Origin: Leucoraja ocellata
Taxonomy: Eukaryota
Length of the DNA: 64,000 nt
Assembly (NCBI GenBank): GCA_036785375.1
Contig: JAWMAR010000005.1
Location: forward strand, 248,001-312,000
Direction: 5' to 3'
Position numbers and translations under genes: made by a program
In this document: piece after piece, positions 39,401 through 52,024 of the stretch
Layout: every line of letters begins with the position of its first letter
How positions within the stretch are numbered: the stretch's first letter is position 1
Notes under the pieces: model-generated
Told to the model about the DNA's origin: nothing
The model's database searches: none
Seen by the model: the letters and a program-made list of their open reading frames with translations, nothing else

Positions 39401-41199
39401 TGGGGCCGCTTGATTGCCAAGTTCAAGTCCTTGGGGTTGATGCACACCCGTATCTCTTTTTTCATCGTGGCGACCATGGTGGAGACCCACTCGGTGGGCT
39501 CGCTGACTGACGCCAGAACTCCCATATCGACCATGTCCTTTAGCATAGCCTCCACCTTGTCCTTCATGGCGAATGACAATCTGTGCGGCGGGCGAATTAC
39601 AGGCACCACGGAGGGGTCAGTTGCAATCTTGTACACTAGCGGCAGCTTTCCTAGCTTACCGTCAAAAAGGTCTGGATACTCGGATAGCGGATCCATCACA
39701 GTTTGTACCTCGTGGACCATCCGGTCGAAAGACACCAGACCGAGATCCTGGCAGGTCTGGTTGCTCAGCAAGGTGACACAGCCGCAATCCAGAATAAAGA
39801 ACGACAGGTCACGGGACGATTTTTGCAGCACACAGTGGAAAGTGGCCCTCCCCACAGGTGTTAGTTCCTCTCCCCCATAGGCACGCAAAACAGAGCGATC
39901 GGCAGTCAACAGCTCATTATTTCTTATCTTGTTGAAAAGCGATGTTGACATAACATTGACTTTTGCACCAGTATCGAGTTTAGCAGAGCATGACTTGTTA
40001 TTCACCGTAATGAGCACAGAAGGATCAGGGAGGCGAGAGTGGCTGTGAAGGACTGTATAAACACTTGACTCTCCCATGGAATATTCGATCACAGAGTCGT
40101 GGGCAGTGTCGGCAGTAGACTGAGAGTCCATCTCACTATCAAGTTGCTGAAGGTTGTTTAGGATTTGCCTAGTAGCTGGTGCCACTTTCCCACGGGAACG
40201 GCATGCAGCAGCAAAATGATTCATTTTCTTACAGAAATTGCAGGATTTTCCGAAAGCCGGGCACTGAGACTGCACGGGGTGGGCATAGTTACAATTAGGA
40301 CACTTAGGTGCCCGCGGGTCCCGAGACGTACGGGCGGGCCGCGGTGGAGGGCGAGAGTTGTCCTGCAAACATCGTGGCCCGGTAACTCCAGTCAGATGGA
40401 CAGCGCGGCTGTCAGATCCCCTCACCTCATGCGTAGGGGCTACCACCTCGGCCATGCGGCACGCATGCATTGCCTGAGTCAGGGTCAGGTCAGGTCGTTG
40501 CAGCAAATCAGCACATAACTTCTGGTCTAACATGCCAGTAACTAGAATGTCCCTGGTGAGCTGGTCACGCATATTCTCAAAACGGCACCGCTGAGCAAGG
40601 TAGCGCAGGTCAGCGATTAAACATTCGACAGGTTCATCTGGCTGTTGCTTCCACGAGAAAAACCTAGCCCGCTCCAATATGCGGTTGGAGGGCAGGTCGA
40701 AAATCTCGGCAAATTTACGCAAAAGACATACCGGGTCGGCGGCAGATTCAGCTGGCGCGACGGGCTGGCCGTTGTCATCCAGGACCGCTGGATCATAAAC
40801 GAAAGCCCAAGCTCTCTTCGTAGCATCGGGACCTGCTAGATTAAGCAGGAGGGAGGCACGGACCGCAGCTGGGTCATTTCTGTGCACAATATTGACGAAG
40901 TGGGTGTAGTCCATTACAAAAGTAGCCCATCGCTCCGCAATGTCTGCATCAAAGACAAGGGGAGAAGGTTTCCTGCACGAGGAGGCCATTAAAACTGACA
41001 GGGAATACCGGGCAAGAATAAAAAGAAAACCGGTAAACGGGAGGCGCGAGTCTAACTATCTGACACCATGTAAAGGGACTCAGTCTGACACACTGTAGCC
41101 TTTACTAGAGCCTTTATTATAGCACATGGAACACATGTCCCAGCACTGGCTGCATCCAGCCTTCAGGCGTACCAGGACAAAATGGAAGGAAGGAAGGGG
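36489..41199 (-). mobile_element. Gypsy (Mag-like) LTR retrotransposon inserted in a CR1 LINE
   Basis: 3' LTR 36489-36706 (TG...CA, 218 bp), PPT 36707-36715, truncated 5' LTR 41069-41199 (127/131 identical to the 3' LTR), PBS TGGTGTCAGA (tRNA-Leu-like) ending at 41068. Confidence 0.95.
36772..40989 (-). pseudogene. Gypsy gag-pol polyprotein, 1130 aa open, then frameshifted in the integrase and C-terminus
   Basis: Two Cys/His knuckles, protease LDTGA, RT IVDDIL, RNase H CDAS/EKELLA/TDHQPL, integrase HHCC, TDNG, SNGLAER (shifted frame), terminal RTRSGRIVKAPDRY. Confidence 0.93.
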
Positions 41200-42015
41200 C
41201 AAGAAGATTGTTCCCGATGTTGGGGAAGTCCAGAACAAGGGGTCTCAGTTTAAGGATAAGGGGGCAGTCTTTTAGGACCGAGATGAGATTTTTTTTTTTT
41301 TTCACACAGAGAATGTTGAATCTGTGGAATTCTCTGCCACAGAAAGTAGTTGAGGCCAGTTCATTGGCTATATTTAAGAGGGAGGTAGATGTGGCCCTTG
41401 TGGCTAGAGGGATCAGGGGGTATGGAGAGATGGCAGGTACAGGATACTGAGTTGGATGATCAGCCATGATCATATTGAATGGCGGTACAGGCTCGAAGGG
41501 CCATATGGCCTACTCCTGCACCTATTTTCTATGTTTCTATGTTTCTACTCTGTACCTATTACTGTATGGCCAGACACAGTTCCTTCTCCATCTTCAAATT
41601 TGCCGATGACACCACCGTAGTTGAGCAAATTATGATGATGATGAGTCAGAGTATTGGGGGGAGATCGATCAACTGACCAAATGGTGCCAAGAAAACAACC
41701 TTAAACAGACCCGCATCACCGTGGCCATACTCTCATCTCCCTGTACCATTAGGAAGAAGGTAAAGGAGCCTGAAGGCTGTTACCTCTAGGTTGAAGAGCA
41801 GCTTCTTCCCATCACCCATCAAGTTCTTGAACTACCCTGTACAACCCTACTTCAGCAACAGGGGTGACTGCAAAGATTTGTCCTCAGTACGTCTGAAACT
41901 TGCATCTGTGACCATCGTTGATGCATCCAGAGAGAATGGTGAAAACTACTCTGATGGTCTGCCTACAGTTTGAGAGTAAATTTTCATTGGTTTCCACTGC
42001 CCACTTTCCCCATGA

Positions 42016-42070
42016 CTTCCTCTTTACACTCCACACATTTGTGATGAAACAATCTTGTGGGGAAGTAGAA
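42016..42070 (+). promoter_or_regulatory. Gene 2 proximal promoter: CTTCCTCTTT (42016-42025) and GGAAGTAGAA (42061-42070)
   Basis: Same two ETS-type 10-mers as gene 1; the first reads AAAGAGGAAGT on the minus strand, a PU.1/Spi consensus. Confidence 0.65.
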
Positions 42071-42156
42071 GAGGATGCAGCCACGTCTAAAACAGCAACG
42101 GGAACATCGGGTCTGAATGAACTGAAGTCTAATCCTTGCAAATCAAGTTTAACAAC

Positions 42157-42205
42157 ATGTTTGCACTGATATTCTCCACATTGACTCTGTTCCTCTGTGC
42201 AGTGG
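42157..42205 (+). CDS. VJ receptor gene 2, exon 1: signal peptide (MFALIFSTLTLFLCAV-G)
   Basis: aacATG, hydrophobic core, phase-1 G|gtaagtac donor; 3' end homologous to the gene 1 leader; in frame with the exon at 55103. Confidence 0.82.
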
Positions 42206-43059
42206 GTAAGTACAGTCCCAGGATGGGTCGCCCAGTCTGGGTTAGTTTCATCTGTTTTCAAGTTCAATTTACATATTGCAGTGATGTGTATCTACTATTT
42301 TACAGTTGAATATTTCTGTTTAAAATTGAGATGTTTTGTGTTCTTGGTTAGCTGTGAGAAGGACACTGAAGTGTACTACTCTGGGATTCCTACCAAGCAT
42401 GGATATCAATTTGTTTCACTGCTTTGTTAATCAAGGTTTAGAAGTAATCTGAGGCTGTTCTGATTCATCTCTGAGAAAATTATTAGCATGAAATATCAGA
42501 AGATAGGAAAAACATGTGCATTCGCAACCCATATCTAAAAGAAATGCATTAAATGCAAGAAAGAGTGGAGATTAAACAGGCAAATGTAATGGAGGGAAGA
42601 AAAGTAATGAGATGTGTGAAGGGGACATAATAACAGGACGAGTGTATATTTTTCATATGCCATGGAAGTGGACTGGAGCAAAACATTTCTTACTTACTAG
42701 CTTTAGGCACATTAATCTGTACAAAGTTTGTAGGTGCTCTGTGTGACCATGTGGGATTTCTCCGAGTGACAATAGACAATAGACAATAGGTGCAGGAGTA
42801 GGCCATTTGGCCCTTCGAGCCAGCACCGCCATTCGATGTGATCATGGCTAATCATCCCCAATCAGCACCCCGTTCCTGCCTACTCCCCATATCCAAAATT
42901 TTGTTCAGTCCGTAAGGTCTGAATGACAATAAATGTAATTCTAATTCTAATAATCCCCTGACTTCACTATTTTTAAGAGCCCTATCTAGCTCTCTCTTGA
43001 AAGCATCCAGAGAATCTGCCTCCACTGCCCTCTGAGGCAGAGAATTCCACTGACTCACA

Positions 43060-44479
43060 GTGTTAAAGTCCTCCCACTTCCTCCAAATACAAGGCGTAGC
43101 TATGGGCACACGCATGGGCCCCAGCTATGCCTGCCTATTTGTAGGTTACGTCGAACAATCCTTGTTCAATACATACCAGGGCCCCATCCCCAACCTCTAC
43201 CTCCGCTACATCGACGACTGCTTTGGTGCCACCTCCTGCACCCGCACACAACTGACTGACTTCATCCACTTCACCACTAATTTCCACCCGGCACTGAAAT
43301 ACACCTGGACCATCTCCGACACTTCCCTACCATTCCTTGACCTCACTATCTCCATTGCAGGTGATAGACTTCTAACCGACATACACTACAAACCCACTGA
43401 CTCCCATGGCTATCTGGACTACACTTCTTCCCACCCTGCTTCCTGTAAGGACTCCATCCCCTACTCCCAATTCCTCCGTCTACGTCGCATCTGCTCCACG
43501 GATGAGGCGTTCCACACCAGGACATCTGAAATGTCCTCACTATTCAGGGAACGGGGGTTCCCCTCCTCCACCATAAATGAGGCTCGCACCAGGGTCTCTT
43601 CCATACCCCGCAACACTGCTCTCTCTCCCCATCCCCGCACTCGCAACAAGGGCCGAGTCCCCCTAGTCCTCACCTTTCACCCCACCAGCCATCACATACA
43701 AAAAATAATCCTCCGTCAGTTTCGCCACCTCCAACGTGACCCCACTACTAGCCACATCTTCCCATCTCCCCCCATATCTGCCTTCCGCAAAGACCGCTCC
43801 CTCCATAACTCCCTTGTTAATTCTTCCCTTCCCTCTCGGTCCACCCCCTCCCCGGGCACTTTCCCTTGCGGCCGCAGCAGATGCAACACTTGTCCCTTTA
43901 CCTCCCCCCTCAACTCCTTTCAGGGACCCAAGCAATCGTTCCAGGTGCGACAGAGGTTTACCTGCATCTCTTCCAACCTCATCTATTGCGTCCGCTGCTC
44001 TAGATGTCAGCAGATCTATATCGGTGAGACCAAGCGGAGGTTGGGCGATCGTTTCGCCGAACACCTCCGCTCGGTCCGCAATAACCTAGCTGACCTCCCG
44101 GTGGCTCAGCACTTCAACTCCCCCTCCCACTCCGCCTCTGACCTCTCTGTCCTGGGTCTCCTCCATGGCCACAGCGAGCAGCACCGGAAATTGGAGGAAC
44201 AGCACCTCATATTCCGTTTGGGGAGTCTGCACCCCGGGGGCATGAACATCGACTTCTCCCAATTCTGTTAGTCCTTGCTGTCTCCTCCCCTTCCTCAGCT
44301 CCCCTGCTGTCTCCTCCCACCCTCCAGCCTTCCGGCTACTCCTCCTTTTCCCTTTCTTGTCCCCACCCACCCCCACCCCTGATCAGTCTGAAGAAGGGTT
44401 TCGGCCCGAAACGTTGCCTATTTCCTTCGCTCCATAGATGCTGCTGCACCCGCTGAGTTTCTCCAGCTTTTCTGTGTAA
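43060..44479 (+). mobile_element. 5'-truncated young Penelope-like element (RT + GIY-YIG endonuclease; ORF 43060-44271)
   Basis: GVAMGT..GPSYA, RYIDD, FLD, NLIY..C..C...YIGET..RL..RF.EH; 14-bp TSD TCCACTGACTCACA at 43046-43059 and 44480-44493 inside a minus-strand CR1. Confidence 0.95.
44388..44415 (+). ncRNA. Minimal type I hammerhead ribozyme motif in the Penelope 3' repeat
   Basis: CTGAAGA-A-GGGT(TTCG)GCCC-GAAAC-GTT: intact core, 4-bp helix II, palindromic ACGT helix III. Confidence 0.7.
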
Positions 44480-44858
44480 TCCACTGACTCACAACTGTGA
44501 GAAAAAGTGTTTCCTCGTCTCCATTCTAAATGGCTTACTCCTTATTCTTAAACTGTGGCCTCTGGTTTACCTGTTCTGTACGTGAAATCCGTCCCTGTTG
44601 CCGACGTTGACGGCTTTAGAAGCTGATTTTAAAATTACTCCAGCGCTGAACTTGTCGGGCGATTAAAAAAAAAAAAATACACAGAACGGCCGTTGGAACA
44701 ATTCTTCAGGAAAAGCTTGCAGTCCGAGAAAATATAATCCAGGACAAGGTAGGAGAAAACCGCGCTTTAACCCCCCTCCTCAAAGGTGGCAAAATCGCGC
44801 ACACAGCCAGTGGCAGAACTGCAGTGCTGCAGAAGGTAAGTATTGTAACATACCTGCA

Positions 44859-45200
44859 TTACCCTGACTCAGCATTATCCATTACTGATCCAAGGATGGT
44901 GGTATCATCAGAGAATTTAAAGATGACTTTGGAGCTGCGTCTGGCTACACAGTCACGGGTATACAGAGGGTAGAGCAGCGGTTTGAACACACAGCCTTGT
45001 GGTGCCCCTGTACTGATGGTCACTGATGGGGAGATATTGTTGCCAATACATACTGACTGAGGTCCGCCAATGGGGAAGTCTAGCAACCAGTTGAATAGGG
45101 TGGAGCAGAGACCCAGATCCCTGAGTTTGGACAGGATAATCGTGTTGAACGCTGTGCCACAGTCAATGAACAATAGCCTGACATATATGTTTGCATTAAA
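44859..45200 (-). mobile_element. Rex1/Babar-type LINE RT fragment; others near 41546-41830 (+) and 54480-54740 (-)
   Basis: [38 protein letters not shown]. Confidence 0.82.
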
Positions 45201-45519
45201 AGCCAGTGTGAAGAATATCAGATCTAATGACAAAAAGATTTTATAAATCTATTAGGAGAGAGAACATTGCCCAGGGAGAAATGTTGTCCCAATAAAGAGA
45301 TACAGGCAAAAGATTGCAGAGGCAGGAAGGATAATAACACAAAAGCCAGGAACACTCAGCCGCTCAGAGCTGCGGGTGGGGAGAGAAACCGAGTTAGTTT
45401 CAGGCAGATTAACATTCATCAGATTCAATAAGGTCAAACCCAGGCAAGATTTTCAAATAGATCATGGAAATGACAAATCATGAGAAAAAACTCTGTATTC
45501 CACAACAAAATTGATTTTA

Positions 45520-45850
45520 ACATCATCAGCATCATCATCGGCAGTCACTCGAAACGAGTATGACTGTCCTCTCCTCTCCACAGGGTCGTCTACTTGTGGG
45601 TCTGCAGATGTCGGTAGAGGCCGATCCGCGATCCACACACCTTGGTGCAACGTAGTCCATCGAACCTCCTTCTCTCTCTCCTTACAGTGCTGTCGCTTTG
45701 TCTCTGAGACACGCCGTTGTTCCATTTCGTGACGTGCAGCTCCTTCATGCATGGATGTCCTCTAAGAAAGCATGTCCAGTGCAATGTGCTCCTGGTTGCT
45801 CGATGTGATGTGGAATTTCTTCAGACTGTTTTTGATGACTTCCTAAGTGT
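45520..45850 (-). mobile_element. RTE-clade LINE 3' end
   Basis: C-terminal C..VCGSRIGLYRHLQTH followed by a (GAT)n tail. Confidence 0.75.
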
Positions 45851-46003
45851 TCTTGAATTTACAGAGTAACGAGTCATAGTCATACAGCACGGAAACAGGG
45901 CGTGTAGGAAGGAACTGCAGATGCTGGTTCAAACCAAAGATAGACACAAAATGCTGGAGTAACTCAATGGGTCAGGCAAAATCTCTGGAGAAAAAGAAGA
46001 GGT

Positions 46004-46031
46004 GACGTTTCGGGTCGAGACCCTTCTTCAG
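46004..46031 (-). ncRNA. Minimal hammerhead ribozyme motif in a solo Penelope-end repeat
   Basis: Reverse complement CTGAAGA-A-GGGT(CTCG)ACCC-GAAAC-GTC, with a GUC cleavage triplet. Confidence 0.7.
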
Positions 46032-48564
46032 ATTGAGAGTAAGGGGAAAGGGGTCACCATACAGCCATACAAATAATAAAGAGCACCCTAGAACACGATA
46101 GTCTTTATCCTACCCCCCTCCCCACATAGAAAAACTAAAGAAACCTCCAAAACATAATTTTAAAACAGACTGAAAATTAAAAAAAGATAGAAAAACAGAC
46201 AGACTGTAGGCAGGGGCTGCCATCAATGCGGCGCCCCTAGTGGCTTAATGGATAGTGGATATTGATGGTGATATGGAGAGATGTAGAACTAGGATCAGTC
46301 TAACCCATCTTTGCTGACCAAGATGCCCTAACTAAACTAGTCACATTTGCCCATGTTTGTTCACATCCCTCAAACCCTTTCCTATATGTGTTTTTCCAAA
46401 TGCCTTATAAATGTTGAATTGCACATGACTCAACCACTTCCTCTGTCAGCATGTTCCATGTACAAAACACCACCTACAAGCCTTCTAGTTCCTATTAAAT
46501 TATTCCCCTCTCACTTTAAACCTATGCTCTCTTGGTTTTGATTACCCTCCCCTGGGAAAAAAGACTGTGCTTTCATCCTATCTATGTCTCCCATGATTTT
46601 GTACACCTCAATAAGATCACCCCTCAGGAATAAGGAAATCCCCATATGGAATAAAGTCCTTGTTACCCGACTTCTCCCTATAACACAGTCTCTCGAGTCC
46701 TGGCGACCTCCTTGTAAATAATTTCTTCACTTTTTCCAGCTTAACATAAGTTATACAAAAAAAAATTATTTAGAAGAAACAAGAGTGCAGCGTAGGTTTA
46801 CTAGGTTAATTCCCGGGATAGCGGGTCTATCATATGCTGAGAGAATGGAGCAGCTGGGCTTGTATACTCTACAGTTTAGAAGGATGAGAGGCATCCTATT
46901 GGAACAAATAAGATTATTAAGGGTTTGGACACGCTAGAGGCAGGAAACATGTTCCCGATGTTGGGGGAGTCCAGAACCAGGGGCCACAGTTTAAGATTAA
47001 GGGGTAAGCCATTTAAAATGGAGACGAGGAAACTCTTTTTCTCACAGAGAATTGTGAGTGTGGAATTCTCTGCTTCAGAGGGCGGTGGAGTTCGGTTCTC
47101 TGGATACTTTCAAGAGAGAGCTAGATACTGCTCTAAAAGATAGCGGAGTCAGGGTATACGGGGAGAAGGCAGGAAAGGGGTACTGATTGGGGATGATCAG
47201 CCATGATCAAATTGAATGGTGGTGCTGGCTCAAAGGACCATATGGCCTACACCTGCACCTATTGTCTATGGTCTATTGCCTTTTTGAGGCAGTGATTCCT
47301 GTAAATTCCTTTGATGGCGGGGAGGTCAGAAGCCATGATGGACTGGGCAGCGATCACCAGTTTTTGCAATCTTCTTCACTCCTGGGTGTTTGAGTGGCCG
47401 AACCCTGATGCAACCAGTCAATATGTTCTCAACTGTATATCTGTAGAAGTTCAAGAGTTAAAATGGACTTGCAAGTTCCTTTTTCTAACTATTATTGCAG
47501 TTGTATTTAAGAAATGAGGAACACTCTTATTTCAAAACATGTTTCAAAATATGAATTGTAAAAGGCAGGTCTCTCTAGGTCCAAGCAACTTAGCTTGTAG
47601 TGCATAGCTACAAGCTAAGGATTGAGGAGCACTTCAATAACAACTCCGACCCCCGACGCATGTGGCAAGGCATGCAGGTCCTAGCAACTTTCCAGGCTGC
47701 TAGGAAAAGTTTAAACATTCTCTAAGTGTTGGGGAAATTCAGGAGAAATCGTGGCACAATATCCACCATTGCGCCCATCAAGCAGATTGTTTATTGCAGT
47801 GCAGGATAGATGTCAAGTGTCAAGAATATTTTATTGCCATATGTCCTAGATAGAACAACGTTCTTAATTTCAGCAGCACAACAAAATATGTGAACATGGT
47901 ATACTGTAAACAACATAATAAACAAGAAAAAAAAGCTTCAGCGTGTGTATATATACACATATATCTGAAGAATGATCTCAACCTGAAACATCACATCTGA
48001 AGAAGGGTCTTAACCTGAAAAATCACCCATTCCTTCTCTCCAGAGATGCTGCCTGCCCCACTGAGTTACTCCAGCTTTTTGTTTCTAAATACGCACGTAA
48101 TACAGATATATATATATATATATATCTGTATTACTAAAAGTGTGATCTTGACCACTTCCTGTTGTTCCGTATATTAATTTTAGAAAAAACGCTGCCACTT
48201 ACGCCTGTGATTTTTGGGCATCTTACACAGTCCCTCTCCGCTGTGCAGGACAAGAGGATTTTCCCCTTGTTTTTAGGAGTGCAGGATGTGTGTCAAGTGT
48301 CAAGTGTGTTTTATTGTCATATGTCATGAGATGAGTTCTGGGCAGATCAGCCATGATCATATTGAATGGTGAGGGAAGCTTGAGGGACTTGGTTAGGAAT
48401 TACCTACTTCTCTTTGTAGTGTGATCAAAACACAGTGAACCAAAATTAAAAATAATTGCAGAAGCATTAGAGGCATGATGTGGGTAAAAATATCAGCAGA
48501 GTGGGAGGGGTTGAGAACTAGCTGCTTGAGTGAAACAGGATGACGGATGCTGAGAGAATTTTTA

Positions 48565-51500
48565 AATGGAAGGATCTGTGGATTGGTTCTCCCCAGCCTC
48601 TTGCTTCTTGTGAGCTTTAGAAATGATTCCTTTGATTTGAACATAAAATACCAAATATATGAAGCTTGTAGTTAATATCAAAAATAGTAAGATTAAACGA
48701 GAACTTACCAGTTTGAAGTTTGATCTGTGTTTTATGAGGAGTTGGTAACTGTTGCGGTTGAGTAGGTGGTCCCTGTACCAAGCAGTACTTCTCCCATTTT
48801 TTGCTGCTGGACAAGTGCTGTTTTTTAGTGGATGTTCGGAGGGATGCTGACATGGTGTCGACGGTTTGTTCTGATAATTCCAGCCCCAGAAGTGGTTTAT
48901 GCAGAATCTGCAACCCAGGAGTTTGATTTTTTTCATGGCACGGGTGGCTTGTGCCCGACACTGGGTGTTAATATCTCTGGGTCATTGGGGAATACCATCG
49001 GAGTTTCAACAACCATGTCATGGAGTATTGAGAACAATGGCTGCATAGGCCAGTCGGGTACTATTAAAATACCTGAAGCAGAGTCCATTTGTATTGTGTG
49101 TAGTCCCCAACTGATGAGGCAGAAGGGAGGAAATGCATAGAAGAAGAATTTCCCCAATCCAGCGCGAACGCATCTACCGCTGCTGCCTCAGGGTCTGGTT
49201 CCCAAGCGACATACATAGGTACCTGGTGATTTAGCCAATGCAAATAAATCGATATCTGGTGTGCCATATTGCTTGATAACTTTTGTGAATTTTTTGGGGT
49301 TTAACATCCATTCGATGTTGTCATTAAATTTACGTGACCTGGTGTCTGCCACTGTATTTAGCTTACCTGGCAGGTAAGTTGCTGATAGCCAAATATGTCT
49401 TTCGACACACCATTGCCAAATTGTGTTGACCAACTTGTCGCATGATACCGATTTTATGCCGCCCATTTGGTTAATGTAGGCCACCACCGTAGTATTATCT
49501 ATTTGTAACCGTACATGCAAGTGATGCATATTTGTGCATATGCTTTTAAACCATAAAAGTCACCCAACATCTCTAGATAATTAATGCCCAGTGTAAGTGG
49601 TAACGATGACTCTGGGTTAGTCCATCTACTACTTGTGCTGGATATAGAGTTAGTTGCTCCCCAGCCTTGAGCACTGGCATTTGTTTGGATAACTAACGTA
49701 GGGTTAGTGATGATAATAGGGCTGAAACAATGCCAAATGTTTTTTGCCCACTCCTGTAGTTCTGATATTGCTTCAGTGGGTAACTTTATGACATGGTAAT
49801 AATGACCTGTATGTCGTTTTGGTGCCTGTACCTTTGCTCTTTGTAAATTTTGACAGTGCAAAGGTCCGAATCATTAAATTGTTGCATGATTGTGCCAATT
49901 CAACTGTTTTGTCTCTTGGCAATGTTACAGTCATGTAGACTGAATTAATTGTGAAGCCCAAGTAGTCCATGATTGTGGATGGCTTCAACTTAGATTTATC
50001 TGGATGTAAGACAATCCCAGGGTTTTGAATAACTGTTTGGTAGCTTATACAGCTAACATAGTCAATTCCATGGTCTTGCCTATTATTTAAGATATCATCA
50101 AGTTATGCCATGACAATATCTTTTTGTCTTCTGAATATTGCCAGAGCTGGTTTTAGTATCTTGGTGAATAATCTTGGGCTGATGTGAACCCATTGGGTAA
50201 CGCTTTAAACTGCCATAGCTGCCCCATCCAGGTAAATTTCAGGTATCTGCGATGGTCCTTGTAAATGGTCCTAAATAGTAAACATCTTTAAGATCAATGC
50301 TTGCCATGAAGTATCCTTTGGAAATTAGTTGTTTGGCAGTAACAACCGTTTCCATTTTGAAATGTATATACTTAACAAACATATTTAGTGAGGTTAAGTC
50401 AATGATGATGCGACATCCACCATTTTTTTTGGGTTTAGTGATGAATATTTGATATGAATTCCAAGGGTTCATGTTTTCCCATGATACCCTTTGTAATTAG
50501 TCTCACCAGTTCAGCTTGTCCCTCTCGTTTCCTTAACGGAGAGGGAAAATACCCTCTGGGGTGAATGTTGAACTGGTGGCAATTTTTCTAGTATGAATTG
50601 TATTTTGTATCCACTAATGCCATTGAGTATATACTGATCACTCGTGATAAACTCCCGTGCTTCTTAAAACAGGTGTAATCTCCCCGCTATTAGTATTAAG
50701 CCCATATTTTCTATATGCTGGTAGTAACCAGACCCAACTACCTCCATGGTTATGGCTATTGTTCTGTTTCCTGCCGGTCCAACGAGTCTTGCACGTTGTC
50801 TGACGTGTCGGTGATGTTGGGGGGTGGCGCATTTTCCATGGGGTCTGCTATAGGCCCTGGTCTAAAGAAGACTTCCGGGGATAGAATGCGGACCCCGAGC
50901 TTTACACCAGTCCCATATGGTAGACGTCGACTGATGGACGCGATGGGGTGCTGCTGCTTAGGAATTATTGTTTTTGGTTGCTCGTCCCGGGCCTGCCCTC
51001 ATGAGACCAAAAGTTTTTTAAAGCTTCTTCCATATCCTTCATATGCTTTGTGAGGTTTTTGCCAAAGAGGTCTGGCTCAGTGGCTGGGGTATGCACAACC
51101 CCACAAATTTTGGATTTTATGGCAGGTTTTATGATTTGTTTATGAAGATTGTGGTCATCTCCGTATTTGTCCACGGAACGAGCAAACGATGTGATGGCTG
51201 ATGTCAGGAGCTTGAGGATCCGCTGCAGTTTTCTAAGGCCTTATTGACCACCTCTCCTGTAGGGGCCTGTTGGAGAGGTGGTTAAAGCTGGCCGCTGGTT
51301 TGGCCTTTAACGACCTCTTGCACGTGGGGTTGCCACGTAGCGGTCCACCACACTTAGCAGCTCTTCCTGTTCCTGCACCCCTTGCATACTCCCGAGATCT
51401 TCAGCCATCGTCCCCTCTTCTTGACCTGCCCAGTTCTGGTCACCAAAGCTACCCTCGGGTAAGGAGGAAGCAATGGGCAGTGCACAGGGCACTGTGGAGG

Positions 51501-52024
51501 GAGTGCCTAAACTCCCCCTGCGAGAGCGCCCCTCACGAAGCGCGATTCGCTGGAGCTCCTGCTCCAGGAGCCGCTCCAGGCAGCTGTCTCTCCCTCGGGC
51601 GGGTGGAGAGACGTCCCCATCCGATAAGTCAGAAGCCACCGGCCGGATGCCTCTTCCGTGGCTTTACTTCCAGTCCGCTGCTCAGGCGCTAGCGGGCTGG
51701 GCTGGGCTCGGTGTCGGGAAAAAGCGGAGCGCCGGGTAAGCGGTCCTACCGCCTTGCTGCTGCCCCCTCCCCAGATGGAATGTTCCTCCGTGGAGTCGAG
51801 CGGGGGACAGGTTTGTCCAAGAGCCTTTCTTCTCTGCCTGAAAGCAGAAGGCTCCCTGTGAACGAAAACCCGACCTCAGGGTATTTACCTGTTGATCCGT
51901 TCTTTCACCTGTAGTGGGAGCGCCTGACTCCCGATGCGCCGCTGTTGCACTGGTGAACGTAATCCCGCGCAAGCGTGCTGAGCGGGCTCTTCACGTAGTC
52001 ACTCACGTGACTCCGAAGTAAAAT
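48565..52024 (-). mobile_element. Decayed DIRS1-type tyrosine-recombinase retrotransposon in gene 2 intron 1
   Basis: Frameshifted RT (KPKKNGGCRIIIDL, SIDLKDVY, YLGF), RNase H (IDNTTVVAYINQMGG, YLPGKLNTVAD), methyltransferase-like DLFA/YAFPPF/LIVPDW; terminus ATTTTACTTCGGAGTCACGTGAG. Confidence 0.88.
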
